Source of the DNA: Camelus ferus
Taxonomy: Eukaryota
Direction of reading: 5' to 3'
Assembly (NCBI RefSeq): GCF_009834535.1
Contig: NC_045696.1
Location: 44,146,001 to 44,210,000 of the forward strand
DNA: 64,000 nt
In this document: piece by piece, positions 12,636 to 26,875 of the stretch
How positions within the stretch are numbered: position 1 is the first letter of the stretch
Layout of the letters: each line of letters opens with the position of its first letter
Made by a program: the position numbers and the translations under genes
The notes under the pieces: model-generated
Database searches by the model: none
The model's input: the letters and a program-made list of their open reading frames with translations, nothing else
What the model was told of the DNA's origin: nothing

Positions 12636-14521
12636 AAAATAGTGTAATTTGCTAGGCTGTCTCATGAGCAGAGAAAGGAAATTGCAGTTACATAGCTAGA
12701 AGTACAATGTCTGCATACATAAGAATTTATCAGTAAGGAAAGGCATAGTGACCAAAATCCATCCTGTCTGTTTTAGCCTATGTAATGGTGCTATGCATCT
12801 GTCACTTTTGGCCAATTCTAATGAGAAGTTAAGATGATCTGCACCAGCAAGAAGTCACTTGTTAACACAGATATCTTTTAACTACAGAAAATAAAACTTT
12901 CTAATACTTTACACTATTATAATGTGTATCCATATGTTATTCTAAAGAGCTTTAAAGGATAAAAACTGATCTGCTAGGGAAAAGTATATAAAGATTGCCA
13001 AATAGGACACATGTGCCTTGACTCTAGAAGAAAGCATTTCCCAAGATATGTTTCTACTTTTTGTCTAAGTGTCAAATATTCTTTGTATATTCCTCCCAAA
13101 GAGGGAGATTTAAGGCAAAAATTAATGCCTATTCCAGATCACACAGTGTGGTCTATGGCTCCCAGGTGATGGCTAGAAAGTGCAAAATTTATTTCTGCAT
13201 ACCAAGAATACACTGAAAATACACTGATGACTGCAAACTTGTTTAGGAGGTAGAATGCAGCTAGTCGTTTAAAGCAGGGATGGGAAGTAGAGGAATATCT
13301 GGGATGATCCTCTCAGGGAAAAAAGTTTTGTTCTTTCTAGATCGGAGCCAGGGTGATTGTCAATAACAACTAAGAAACCTACTGGAAATTATTAAATCAA
13401 CAGAGAAAGCATTCTGCAAACCAGTGTTCATGTACAGTTTTGTTCAGTTGCATTTATAATTGTAGTTTAATTTTAATTATTTATAATGCTTTCTTCATAA
13501 CATAGTGACATAAAGCCATAGAGCATTATGTGAATCAAATGAACTCTCAAAACTAGGAGCAACTTACTTAATAACTGTGTCTGGAATTGAGTAAGCAACT
13601 GCTAGCAGACAAACACTGCTCTTCATGTGCATTTCACTTGCATTATTTGGCAAAAGCCTTCACAAACGCACACACACACTCTCAAACACACTTACACTTG
13701 TACCCACCTGTACATACCTTAAGGTAAGAAATGTACATATAATTTCCATTTTCCAGGTTAAGACATTAAAACAAAGAAAAGGAAACAGACTGCCTCCAAG
13801 TAACAAAGTTAGTTCTAAGACCTCAGTTATCCCCTGTTCTTTGATCTACATGATTAAACGACATGTCTTCTTTTTTCTTGGCTTCAACTATTGCATCTTT
13901 TTAAAAGGCAAGAGTAAATGTATATGTTTAGTTGACAGTGGTGCTATTTTATTTAGAAGAGTGAAAGCAGAGAGGTTTTATAATACAGAAAAAGACAAAT
14001 TTAGAACTTGGGAGGAGATTAGTGAAGAACTCTGTTTCAGATAAATTTATACTAAAAGAACATTCAGAAAATGATTCAGAATCTTCCTCACGATGTGTAG
14101 GATATTTTCATTTTTGTTATTTCAATCTTTAACAATTCATGTTTCTAAGATCTCAAATGTAGCAAGTGAGATTTTCAGTTACATAATGTAGATCTCAAGG
14201 AAAAGAATATCACTTAAAATAAGAAAAGATGACAGTGTATGTATAATCATAAATAAGATACAGTAAACTAAATATTTCTTAATCTAATAACATCTTACTC
14301 TATAATAATTCTCCCTAATTTTCCTTTTTCCAATGGTGTATATAGTATTAACTGAGTTATAGAGAGCCATTTTCTTCATTTTATTCTCTTCCAAGAAGTC
14401 CAAGGGCATAATTAGGCATCTATAATCAGAAACATTGTAGCCTTGCTTACAAATCTTAGCAAATTCTCATTATTCCTATAGTCACCAGAAAAAAATTAAA
14501 ACTTAAGGGAAAGGAAGACTG

Positions 14522-14700
14522 AAATGAATATAAATATATATATATATATGTTCATGCATGACTAAAGCATTATGCTGTACACTAGAAATTGATACATTAT
14601 AAACAGACTATACATTAATAAATATGTATGTGTGCGTATAATATATATATATACATATATATATTATACGCACACATACACACACACACAAAAAGAGAGA
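14522..14700 (+). mobile_element. 5'-truncated L1 3' end with expanded, palindromic tail
   Basis: tgcatgactaaagcattatgctgtacactagaaattgatacatt...gactatac; TSD gaaaggaagactg 14509-14521 / gaaaggaaggctg 14701-14713. Confidence 0.85.
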
Positions 14701-14764
14701 GAAAGGAAGGCTGGCTATTGGCCTAAATATCTGCCAAATTCTGACCTTCAAGAAATACCCAAGA

Positions 14765-15010
14765 AAGGGGGTGGAAGGGGATAAATTTGGGACTTTGAAA
14801 TTTACAAATGTTAGTCACTATATATATAACAATAGATTTTCAAAAAAAAGTTTCTTTTGTATAGCACAAGGAATTATGTCCAATATCTTGTAATAACCCT
14901 TAATAAAAAATATGAAAATGAATATATGTATGTATATGCATGACTAGAACATTGTGCTGTACACCAGAAATTGACACATTTTAATTGACTATATTTAAAC
15001 AAAAAAAATC
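14765..15010 (+). mobile_element. 5'-truncated L1 3' end
   Basis: ggataaatttgggac...tgtatagcacaaggaa...tgctgtacaccagaaattgacacatt...gactata followed by an A-rich tail. Confidence 0.85.
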
Positions 15011-15637
15011 CATAGAAAAAAAATACTGAAACTTCCTATAAAAGAGCTGAATTTTTAGTCCATGGAAAATGCAGGAATCCAAGCTGAATATGCAGTCCAG
15101 CAGAGGATGTAGTCTGCTCTGACAGGATGTACACCCACAAGCACTGGTGAACACCCAAGGTAAGTCTTGGCTCTGAGTACTTCTTTTCAGAATTGAGTTC
15201 CTAGCAATGCTAGAAAATAATAGTTTTCTACCCAAACAAAGGTTCAGACCAAAATCCAAGACACCAAATTAGAATTCACACATACACTTATACACCCACG
15301 TACACATCAAAGACCTTGGTACATTATACCATTAATTATTTAGAATTTATTATTCCTTATTCATAAATCAGACTTACAGAATACCCAGCCCAAAAAGATC
15401 ATCAAATAAATCATCTCTCTTTTTTTTACACTTACTGTCATTTCCCACTTACCTTTAAAAAATACATTACCCAAGTATCCCTTTTCATCCTTTCCAGTTC
15501 TCACTGATTAATTCCAAATTATCTTTCATTCAAAAAATTTTTTTCTTAAATTTATTCTAAAAATGTCATGGGGAGAATGTATAGTGCTGTCCTCTCACAG
15601 GGAGAGTGACCTTGAGGCACATGAGTAGGGGGACCTA

Positions 15638-15702
15638 CTATGCTGTACACCAGAAACTGATACAACATTGAAAATAAACTATATTTCAGTAAAAAAAAAA
15701 AA
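15638..15702 (+). mobile_element. Very short L1 3' terminal fragment with poly(A)
   Basis: ctatgctgtacaccagaaactgatacaacattgaaaataaactatatttcagt plus A12. Confidence 0.8.
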
Positions 15703-18700
15703 TGAGAGAGAAAAAGAGGAGGTAGCTTACTCTTATTCCTCTGGAAAACTAAGATTGAACTTTAAAGAAATTTGCAAAAAAAAAAAAAAAAAAAAACAGT
15801 AAAACCTCATTGCCAGTTTCTGCTATCCTGAAGAACATATAATCTTTCAGGAGATGGATCAAATGATTACAATCAAAATTAATACTTAGAATAAGCTCAA
15901 ATAGAATCACCAAAAATAAATATTCTGGTTTTCAATTAAGAAAAAATTTAAACTGCAGCAAATATTACACACCTAAAAATAAAGGAAAGTACAGATTAAC
16001 CTGTTGCCTACAGAATAAGCTATACATTACCATAAACATTTTCATTATGCTTTAAATTTGAGGGCTTTCTATACAGTAATTATATTTGAGGACTGTCATA
16101 TATCATGCATTTTTCAAACATCCAGCAGCATAGCAAAATTTAATGTTGTATAAATGAACGGGAATATATTTTAGTATTATTGTGAACTGTGACACTATGG
16201 TGACACTATCTTACTCATGTATCTTCAAATGAATTTTTTTCTCTTTTTTTTAATAAACAACAAATTTTATTTTAGTCAATAGGTTTACATGTAAAGCACA
16301 CAAATTCAGAATGTTCCAGTGACCTTTTATTTTTTTAAATGCTGGCCTCATAAGAGTGAAATATGACAATTATTAGAGAGAACACACACAACATTTTCAA
16401 GTACATTCTTAAAATTTTTATAGAGGATTACCTAAATAAAAGACACAAAATTTATTTAAAGCTAGTTGGTATTAAAGTACCTCAGTAGAATTGGATAGTT
16501 GTACAAGCCTAATTTCAAATGATCAAAATTATATACATATGTTTATAATCTGCACATATTTGATATCTAGGTAACTATTTAAAAGTATGTAAGAGAGATG
16601 CTCAAAATACATATTTAAGTCATAAAAACATGTTACAAAAGGCCCTGTGCAGATGGTCATCCTCAAATTAAAATATTTAAAATATATAAAGACTAAATAC
16701 AAGGATAATATTTTGAAATACTTTTTAAAGTGATGTTCTTCACTATCTAATTCAACCCCACACCTTTTCCCTACCAGCAACGAAACTAGAAGTTGATGAT
16801 GAGATCTTGCAGAGAAAGGATGATAAAGATATGAAGTGCCAGTGTGAGAAAAGCTAATTCAGGACATTTACATTATAGGTCATCTTTGACTTTTATTAGT
16901 TATTGTTGAGATTAAAAATTGTGCTGCGAAAGCTTGAATTTTTTTTTAAAATTTAAACTCTTAAGCCTTAAAACGTTGCAAAGTAAACCGTAGAGCCTAA
17001 ATGAAGTGGTAGTATATGCTACCACATCAAGAGTTTTTGAAAATCTGAGTATGGGAGAGGAAAAAGAATAAACTGAGAGTCCTTGCCCTCTGTCCCCGTT
17101 CCACAGCCCCAACCCTCCACAGACATCAATCACTGCTGGAGAGACTGTACAACAGGTAGATATGTTTGAATATCTAAGCAAAGATAGGATGTGCATCTTG
17201 CTTCCTTGGGGAAGTCTATGGAATAACAGTATCGAGAATAGCCTTCTCTAAAAAGAGTACTCCACAATCTAGTTCAAGGAGTATGGTAGACATAGTGGCA
17301 TAGGGTGCCTACATAATTAGGTCAAAAGACTCTTTCACATTTTTTAGGGTCCTAGAGTAACATGGGCCAGAATCGAATTATTTCCAAGAATAAGTGGAAA
17401 ACTCAAGACAGAAATGAATCCCTGACATGGAAAAATAATGAAAGCTAGAGTTGCTGTCTTCTTTAGCTTGTAACATAAGAAATGTATGTTCTTTGTGTAT
17501 AGTGTGTGTGTGTGTATTATTAGAAACCCAAAAGGTCTACTGGTAGGCAAACATTAAAATATCAACAGTGGCATTCTCTAGATAGGTGATCATTAGCTCT
17601 TTGTTTTCTGCTTGTTTATATATCTGTAGTTTATCTATTTCCCTTGTAATAATTATAAATTGATATGAAACTAAAGGGATAGCTGCAGAGATTGCCTGCT
17701 TTGTGCTCCTTGTTATTATGTATTTCTTTTTTGATAAATATGAATTAACAATTAAAATTAAGAAGAAAAGCCGCAATTGATAATCAAGAATTATAGGAGA
17801 ATGGAAGGAATAGGCTCCTTTTCTTGTGATAACTTACCAGAGCTCAGAAAAGTTTATTCCTTCTTATCATGTTGGGGAAAAAAGAAAAAAAATTGAGTAA
17901 CTTTCTGCAATGAGTCACTAGTTAAGAGTTAAGCAGGAAAAAAAATGGGGGAAATCCACCCAATGAAATAACCTATTCTTTGGTACAGTGTTTGGAAAGT
18001 TGTCAAAGAATAGAAAGTAAAGTTTAGATAATAATAAATAATATCAATATTTTAAGGATAAGGACCTAAACAAGTTTATAAATTGATGCAGGTAAAAAAA
18101 TAAATGTTTAAACAAGCATTACCTTTAGTCTGATAGTAGAAACATAACTATGTTCCTGGTTTTTTTCATGGTATTATGCAACTTTCTACATCAATAATGT
18201 TCAGGCTTTACCTAGTCAGTAAATACACACACAGGCATTATCAATATATTTTTACATATTTTTAAAAGATGAGACATACCTTATTTTTTTATTCCCTGCT
18301 TGATATTCCTGCTTGATTATACCCTCATATATCCTTTATATACAAAATAGAAAATCATCCTTCCTGTCTAAATGTATCATATTAAATTCTTTATGGTATC
18401 TATTATTCTCTTTTAAGCTTAAATATCTTTTTCAGTAATTCCTGAGAAGTTCATGCTTTCCCTTAATAAAGAGGCTAATGTTTATCTGCATTAAAGTAGG
18501 AAACATCAGAAAATCATAGGAAACACATGGTTTATATAAGGCCATTGTTGATCAAAAGTAAAAGCACTAAAAATGCAGAGCTCTTATATTTAACCTTTGT
18601 ACCTTTCTAAGTAGTTAAGATATAAATTGAGTGTTTACACACTTTTGGTGGAAATAGTTCAAATCAACTTGTAAAGATAAACATGGACATAATAAATAGA

Positions 18701-20069
18701 GCAAATAGGAAAAGTATAGAATTTAAGGCTTTTCACTTTGTGAAAATAATTTAATTTCTCTTTCTCAGATGTAATGTAAATCATAGAAATGTTTGTGGCT
18801 TTAAAGATCTCCTTAGGTTTAATACACAGCAATAAACATGGAAAACATAAATAGAAACACACAGATTATTTCCACTAAATGTTCTTCATTCTAAAATGCA
18901 TAAACCAAATATGCTGAAATACTGAATGAAACCCATTGAGAGCCATAATAGTAATCATCATTAGTCTTCTTTTATTTTTATCAAACCACTATGCACTTGT
19001 TCTTTGCAGAAGAGAAACAGAAAGCTGTCCTTAGAATATCCAAAAGTCACTAGGGAAAAAGAACCAGAAATCCCACCAGAATGTCTATTTTATGAGAAGC
19101 TCTGGGGCCCAGTTTTTCTCACTTGGCAGCTTTGTTGAATATAAGCTTTAATTAGGTTATTCAGCATTTTATTTGGCTGAACTGAACTTAACCTAGTCTG
19201 TAGATTGCTATGTCCTACGTGTAGTTTGTTTATCTAGTAGACAAACTTTAAACAGAATATAGAAAGAAAAATATCAATTAAGAAGCTGACCAGAATTATT
19301 TATCTCAAGGCAGAATGTATCCCATATGGCTACTTCATTCTGAGCTAATATATTAGGATGGAAACTTTGATAAAACAGGAAGTCAAGGGAGGCTTGTGAA
19401 GAATCGTACAGTGGAGTGGAGGAAAGAAGAGTGACAGTCTAAATCACACTTGTTTACTTTCAAGAATAATGGGAGAAGCCCAACCTGAGATTCGGAAACA
19501 AATCAATGTAGTGATTTTAATGTCATTCCTTGAGAGCACCTACTCATATTTGAAAATTCCTTCCATCCCATGCAAATCACCATCTGCATCCAAACTATAT
19601 ATGTAGTTTGAATATAGGAAACATATGCAATGGGAGGTCAGTCTAGGACATAGGATGAAGTCCTTTACAAGATTAAGGTCATTCACCAGACATCATAGAG
19701 AAATTGATAACATGATTGGGTATATCTACTGACAGTGAATAAATGGTTATCCTCACTAGAGTCACCATAGACATAATGGTGGTTTACACAAATCTTATTT
19801 CACAGACTGTGGCTATCAAACTTTAGGAAATTTAGAGATAAATTCTCTAAATCTGTCAGAGCATACCTATACACATTTCCAAAATGAAAAACTAAATAGA
19901 ATAGCTATTCAGGCAGCTGACTACTCTCATGGAAGAGCCCCAATTGCTTAAGTTGTATGTAAGTGAAATACGCTGTTTTACCCTGCTAAACCTTGTAAAC
20001 TAATATGGTCCTAGGACAGTAACCCAGTGGGACTACAGTTCTCTCTCTGCCAATTTTGTAAGCAAAATA

Positions 20070-21805
20070 CCATCCCCCTGGTAATTTAAATACATACTTA
20101 AACACATAAAATACTGAACTCCTCATGTTCTACTCAAACCTGCAGGTGATGGTTAATTTTTTGTGTCACCTAGCCAGGCCATGGAGTATCCAGATTAGAC
20201 ATTGTTTCTGGGTGGGTCTGTGATGGTATTTCTGGATGAGACTGGCATTTAAATTGGTGGACTCAGAAGATTGCCCTTTCCAGTGGGAGAGGGCGTCATC
20301 CAACCTGTTGGGGACCAAATAGGACAAAAGGTGGAGAAAGGAGGAATTTGCCCCTTTTTACTGCCTCACTAGTTGAGCTGATTTGTCTCACTATATCTTA
20401 TCTTCTTCTCTTGACCAAAATTTATACCCTCAGCTCCTCTGGTTCTCAAGCTTTCACATTATATATATTTATCTTTTATTGGTTCTGTTTCTCAGGAGAA
20501 CACTGACTCATACATTCTTTCTCCCACATCCTTCCACCTTCTGTTGATCATTGCATCCTTTCGGTTGCCCAGGTCAAAAAACCTGGGAGCCATTCTGACA
20601 GCATTTTGTCTCAAGCCCTCCATCTAATCTCTCAAGCAATCCTCTTGTCTCTACTTCTCCACACAGCTGGACTATTTAAAAATGCAAAACCTATAATTCC
20701 TCCATTCAAGACTTTTCAATCACTCCACATTTCATTTGGAGTGAGTGTAAAGCTTTTAACATGAACTATAAGGCCCACATGAATTTCGTTTCCTGTTATA
20801 TGTGCACACTGTTCCAACAATATCGATCTCTTTGGTTCCAGTCCCTGTATTTACATGCATTTTTTGTTTTATGTCCATGACACCCACAGTCACATCCTCA
20901 GTCATGGCTTCACCCCGAGCTCCAGACTCTATACTTCGTATTTTTTTTCCTGCAACTATAATAGGTATCTTCAAACCAAATATCCAAAACAGTTTTGATG
21001 TACTATCTTTCTAATTTACTTCTACTCTTAGGTTTCCCTGTCTCAGAAAACAGCACCATCATCTCCCAGGTTTCTCAAGACACGACACTGGGAGTCATCT
21101 TTGGTTGCTCTTTGCTTCTCACTCACATTGGTCCAGTCCTCTCAGTGTATCCATCATCTGTGCTCCTTTCTCTGCTTCCACCGTTGTCACACTCGTCTGA
21201 GCCACCTTTTCATCTCTTCACAGCCAGTGTGATGTGGTCAAAACACGGATCAGATTATATTACTCTCTTCTACTTAACAACCTCAAATGGCTTCTTGTTT
21301 CCCTGAAAATAAAATCTGAGCCCATCTGTTGTGTATAGGCTTTACAGGTCCTGGTCCTCCTGATCACTCCAATCTCATCTCTGGTCATACCAGCTGCTTT
21401 TTTTTTTTTTTTTTTTAAATCTCAGATTAGCCTCACTCACTCTCACCTCAAGGATAGTACAAGCCCATGTTATCTGCATGAAATATATGTTCCCAGATAA
21501 CCATATGCCTAGTTTCTTTCCATTTGTATCTAACTCAGATCATTCCTGCCATCCAGGAAAAGATTCTTTAACCACATATTATGTAGCATTCCTTCCTTCA
21601 TTTTTTCTTACTTCATTCTTCCTTTTTTGTAGCATTAATTGTATTTGTATTTATTTCTTTGTTCTTTTTATTATTTTACCCCTCTCTTCACTGCTAGCTC
21701 CCAAGAGAATAGGGTCTGTGTCTTTCTTGCTTACTATTGTGTCCCCAACACTTTAGATTTGTACCTAGCACATAGCAGGTCTTAGGAAACATTTCTGGCA
21801 TAAAA
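20070..21805 (+). mobile_element. L2 LINE fragments (probably two), interrupted by MLT2
   Basis: Pyrimidine-rich L2 motifs: actgaactcctcat, aacctgggagccattctgac, cctgagctccagactc-like, ctgggagtcatctttgg; 3' end acctagcacatagcagg. Confidence 0.75.
20146..20513 (+). mobile_element. MLT2 (ERVL) solo LTR
   Basis: gtgatggttaattttttgtgtcacc...ctggatgagactggcatttaaattggtggactc...attggttctgtttctcaggagaacactgactcataca. Confidence 0.85.
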
Positions 21806-23139
21806 AGGAAACCTTAGCATTTTGTTTAAATGCCATAATGTTACACAGGTCTCATTTTAAGGCTATAAACATTAAGCCAGTAGCAACCATTTGCAAATTT
21901 ATTGATTCTGATCACCTAGTTTTATAAGAATTATTTCAATCCTTTGGTGAGAAAGGGATTTGTAGTAGGTCTGCTTTATAACTACAGGGTTAATACTCCA
22001 TCATGTCATTCAGTTTAGGTTGAGAGTAGCTGATCTTCATGAATACTGGATGGAACTGCATAAGCATACTTCCTACCAGTGTATATTTTACTTCTGAAAG
22101 CCTGGGGAAGAGTGCTTTGTAATTAATGATTATTTTGTCCTTCCAATTATACCATCTGTTGTAATTGGTAATATGGTACATAAGTGTAATACTGTGCAGA
22201 ACACTCTGTTGGTCTGGGCAGTGGTTCCTACTCAAGTGAAGAATATTTTCTCTCTCTCAGCTTTTCCCAACAGCCCCTGTTCCTTACATCACTCTTCTAT
22301 GGCTTCAGTAACAGGGGGAAAAGCAGCTTGTAATATTAGCTGCTTCCAATTTACCTATTTATTTTAAAAAAGTAATCATTAAAACACGAAACCCTCTTCA
22401 ACTACATTTACATCTCACTTCAGTAGATCTTGCTTAAGACAACTGGCAAATGCCAAGCTTTTATAACAATCTGATAATGTCAGGAAGTCTTTATTTTGCA
22501 ATGAAAAGATACATACAGGAAATAAATATTATCTATTACAGATAGGTGGCTGAATTGATATCATCTATAAATTGGCAAGAGTTAGTAGAAAAATGCTTAG
22601 CACTAATTTTTATTCCTATAATATACCATTCTGCAGTTCCTCAGCTTTGCAACTATTCACATGACCCTATACTAGTAACATGCTGGAAAAGTAGCTTTTT
22701 TAAGAATAGCTTTAAAAATTAGTGTATTTTTCACAAATGTTCATATCCATAAATAGCCAACTACATTTAAAGTGTGATCTTTTGATTTTATTATTTATTA
22801 ACCTCAAATAAGACTCTCAAAAGGAGGCAGTAAGTTTATATATTTGAGTGAAATCCATTTCAATACTAAGATCCACTAAATTCACAGTCTGTTAACCCAG
22901 GCTCAGTGTTTTACACTGCATATCAGTATGTCATAATGACGATGATCATCATTACCATCTTTTTATTTAAAGACCCCAATTCTTCAAATTGGCATGCAGT
23001 CGTAGGCTACTGAGAATACAGCAGTACAGTGTTGCCTTACTCATTCAGAACTGGTACCCTTTTGCTTGAAATTTGTCCAGGAATAAGGGCTTGGAGTAAC
23101 GTTTTTTAAAAAAGATGAATGACATTTGGCTTTTCCGAT

Positions 23140-23831
23140 TGTTACCGAACCAAACTGGAGTCTGCTCACCCACGCACAGTAAAGCCAATCTACTGACACC
23201 AGGTTGTTGTGAAGGAGAATACAGCTTTTTTGGTAAGAAACAAAATGTGGGGCCAAGCAAGGTGAATGGGCGGCTTCTGTTTAAAAGATCTGAACTCTGA
23301 TGACTTTCAGGGAAGGGTTTTTAAAAACAAAGTGAGGGAGGGAGAGGGTCGCAGGGTATGTGATCAGCTCATGCACAATTCTCTGACTGGTAGTGAGGTA
23401 ATCACATGAGTCACAGGAGTGAGCATTATCAGTCCTCAGGCTCCAGCCGACCTCTGGGCTGCGTGTTTATGGTCATCATGCAGTTAGCTTCATCTGCCTG
23501 GGGTGGGGTGTGGTTTGGCATCTGCAAAACAACACAAGGATATGGCTCAGGATACTGTCTCTAGCCCTTGAGGAAGAACTAAAGGTCCTTGACTTTGTTT
23601 GATGACTTAACTACTATTATTTTGTCTTGCTTGACTATTTCCCCTTATTTCTGCATTTTCTTACGTCTCTGATTAAATTTGCTCTTTGGAACTCTGGAAA
23701 GGCCTAGGAGGCTGTTTGTCTGTCTGTTTGTTTGTTTTTAAACAAAGAAGAGAAGGCCATGGGGCAGGGAGTAGTTGGTGGGGGGAGGGTTCTGCCCAGG
23801 GAAGGCCTCCACAGTGTCCTGCTCAGTTTCA
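23140..23831 (-). mobile_element. ERV1-class solo LTR (~692 bp)
   Basis: TG...CA termini (tgttaccgaacc...cctgctcagtttca), flanks cgat/agat (4-bp TSD, 1 mismatch), GC-richer than flanks; subfamily not assigned. Confidence 0.8.
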
Positions 23832-25847
23832 AGATCAGCTCTTCAAAGCCAGGGAAAGAAGTTCTAATTCGGAGTACCAGGCTTTGTTTCTTTATAGGCT
23901 CCTTTTGTAGGATCTGCAATTCCACATTTGTTTCCCTTTCAGGAGTATTTGTACAAGAATGCTCAGAGCCCCCAGACCTTAAAATACAATGGAAATAACT
24001 TTAACTGGTAGTAATTAACCTATCAGAAATGGATACATCTGCATTTGCTTGGAAAGACATTTGCCCTGTGTTGTTAGACCAAAAATAAAAACAAAGCACA
24101 AAACTGTTTGGAGAATATGAGCTTTTATGTTTTAGGAATAATATGTATGAATATGTATATGAGTAACATGTTAATAATGGTTATTTCTGAATAGTGAGAT
24201 TGTAGCTTTTGGAAATAGATTCAGGTATAGACAGAGATATTCATAAGCATATCACAGTTTTTCTAAAATGCGTATATATGTGTGTGCATAATTTTAAAAC
24301 AGAAATTAAAGAAAGGAAACCACTGTAAAGACAGAGAGCTAATTCCCGTTTTCTAGCCTTATCATGTCACTAAGAAACAGACTGTCTTCAGTGTAATGCT
24401 GAAGGACGTCATTCACTGTAATGATTTTTAAAATTTGATTAGCTCCTTCCATCAGTCACCAGAATCAAGCAGAAGGGACTATAGCCTAACATCATGACTG
24501 AAAGATGACACCTGTTGCAAGTGCAGTGCTCACTCCTCCTGCTTTTAGGAAGCTTCTGCTGTGTCAGCATAAGAGTGGCACAGAGGACTGAAAACATAGG
24601 GGACCTGATTCACTGGTAAGATCTCATATTCTACACAACCCTTACCCCTATAAAATTGCTTTTATCATTGAACCTTAACTACATTGCAAACAGAAAATAT
24701 AGTGAAATCGTTGCATACACTACAGTAGCTCGAATAATCTTTCCTTTTCTTAAAGAAACACATGCCTGCCTTCAAGCATAGAGAAAGAACATTTGTGATT
24801 TGGGTTTACTCAGTTTGTGTGAATTGGTTTTCATTGTTTCAGCTTTAACATTTATATTCTCAGTGAAAACATTTTTAATTTTTAGGAAAAACTATTTATA
24901 GATCCTCTACATTAAATCATTTTTGTAACTGTGCTGCTAACGGTTGAATTTGGAGCATCTGGTTTATAAATGTCTCTTGAAATGACCCTTGATAGAATAT
25001 GTATCAGCACTGAAATTCTTAGACTTTCTGGAACCATAGTTTCAGTTCCTGGCAAGACTGATACAGCTCCCTAATTTTCTGAGCGATAAGGTACATTCCT
25101 TGTAGTTCAGCTTATTTGGATTTTGGGGGAAAAATTTTTTTTTTCTGTTCCCAAAGGTCTGTGTTAACAACCATCTACTTAATGAAGAATTCCAAATAAG
25201 ATTTTTTTCTTAAGAATTGTCTTTTCTAAAATCTAAATCTCATTAGGGCTCAGTGATTAAAAATCTTTTTTTGAAATATTTTAAATGCACAGAAAAGACA
25301 GTAGGATATCTTTATGCACCAACCACTACCAATAAACTGATGTTAATGTTTTGCTGTATTGGCTTCAGTTCCCTTTTTTATTATTTTTCAAAGGCATACA
25401 ATATTTGAGATATAGCTTAAATCTCATATCCCTTTAGCCCTACTGAATCCAGTGCATATCATTTCCAAATATGGTTTTAAACTTTGCCTCATATTTCCCT
25501 AAACTGTACGAATAAAAATGAAGTGAGGTTTCTCTTTTATTTTTTGTTTCTATTTATAAACAATTATTTTGCACAGTTTTAAATTTATGTGAATGGAGTC
25601 AACACTGGATGAACCCTTTTGATACTTTGAAAAAATTCAACAGTATGTTTTTAAAATGTGTTTATATTGATACTTACTATGTTATTTATGTCCTATAAAC
25701 TATTCCATTTGTATTAACTATTTTTTAGTATATAGTGAGATTATCTTATATTTAGTCTATCAGCCATTATGTCAGAAAGTGAACATTATATTAAATAATA
25801 TTTCATGACACTATAAAATTATCAATTTGTATTTTTTAACTTTATTT

Positions 25848-26052
25848 TTTATTTAAATGTAGTTGATATACAATGTTAGTTTCCGGTGTACAGCAAAGTG
25901 ATTCAGTTATACATTTATGTACTTTTTTTTTCTCAGATTCTTTTCCATTATATGTTATTACAAAAAATTGAATGTAGTTCCCTGTCCTATACAGTAGATC
26001 CTTGTTGTTTATCTATTTCATATATAATAATGTGTATCTATTTAACCCCAAA
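25848..26052 (-). mobile_element. 5'-truncated L1 3' end within older L1M debris
   Basis: tagttgatatacaatgttagtttccggtgtacagcaaagtgattcagttatac...tagttccctgtcctatacagtagatccttgttgtttatctattt. Confidence 0.85.
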
Positions 26053-26659
26053 TTAACTTTTATTTATATACTACTTGGTACAGTTATTGAATATGAAAAT
26101 TCACTCTATTTTATTATTTCAGTCTTTCATTTATTCATCTTCCCAGTCTTTATTTCTAATTATTTCTCTTCACTACATTACTTCCACTCTCTCTGTTCCC
26201 TTATTGTGGAAAGCTTACTGGAGATCTGTTAGACCATCCTCTTTTATTCTTCATGCCTCTCAACCTCACCTCTTTACTTATCATTGTCCCTCTGTGCTGT
26301 GTTCGGGGTAATTCTCTCCACAGCTGTATCTATTTTGCCTTTCGACCCATCTTTGTGTTTTCAGCATATATATATATATATATGTACTTGTATAATAATG
26401 TACTGGTTTTATATATATGATATCAGTACTTCATTATACATTTATATATATCTATATTTAATGAAATGCTTTTTTTTACTTTTTTCTTTGCCTATCTTTT
26501 TTATATTTTAATGGTTTTGATTTATTTTTATGCTTTTATGGATTTTAAACAAACATTTTATTATCTCTAGCTCCTTGAATTCCCATTGGTGCTTGTTTCA
26601 TTCTTTGCTTCTCCATCATTGGAGTTATAAGAATAATGATAATGATAATATTAACAAGA

Positions 26660-26875
26660 GTGGTACCTACTTATTTTTATTGAGCACCTACTCTATGCTA
26701 GGTATCATTCTAGGTGCTTTCTATGTACATTCAACCTTTACAGCTCTATGTGGTGGCTTCTATATCCAACTTTACAGATAAATGAACTGAAGTTAAGGAG
26801 ACTGCACAACTAATAAGCAGATGTGAATTTATCTTCAAAGTTCAAAATCTTTACTCTTAATTAGCATGCTATAGT
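26660..26875 (-). mobile_element. MIR SINE
   Basis: tttattgagcacctactctatgctagg...tttacagataaatgaactga...actcttaa. Confidence 0.7.

Noticed and set aside
13625..14044. Longest ORF (139 aa)
   Set aside because: No recognisable domain; partly overlaps MIR-like and CA-rich sequence; length compatible with chance
23686..23998. Overlapping ORFs on both strands
   Set aside because: Arise from the higher GC of the LTR; no gag/pol/env similarity
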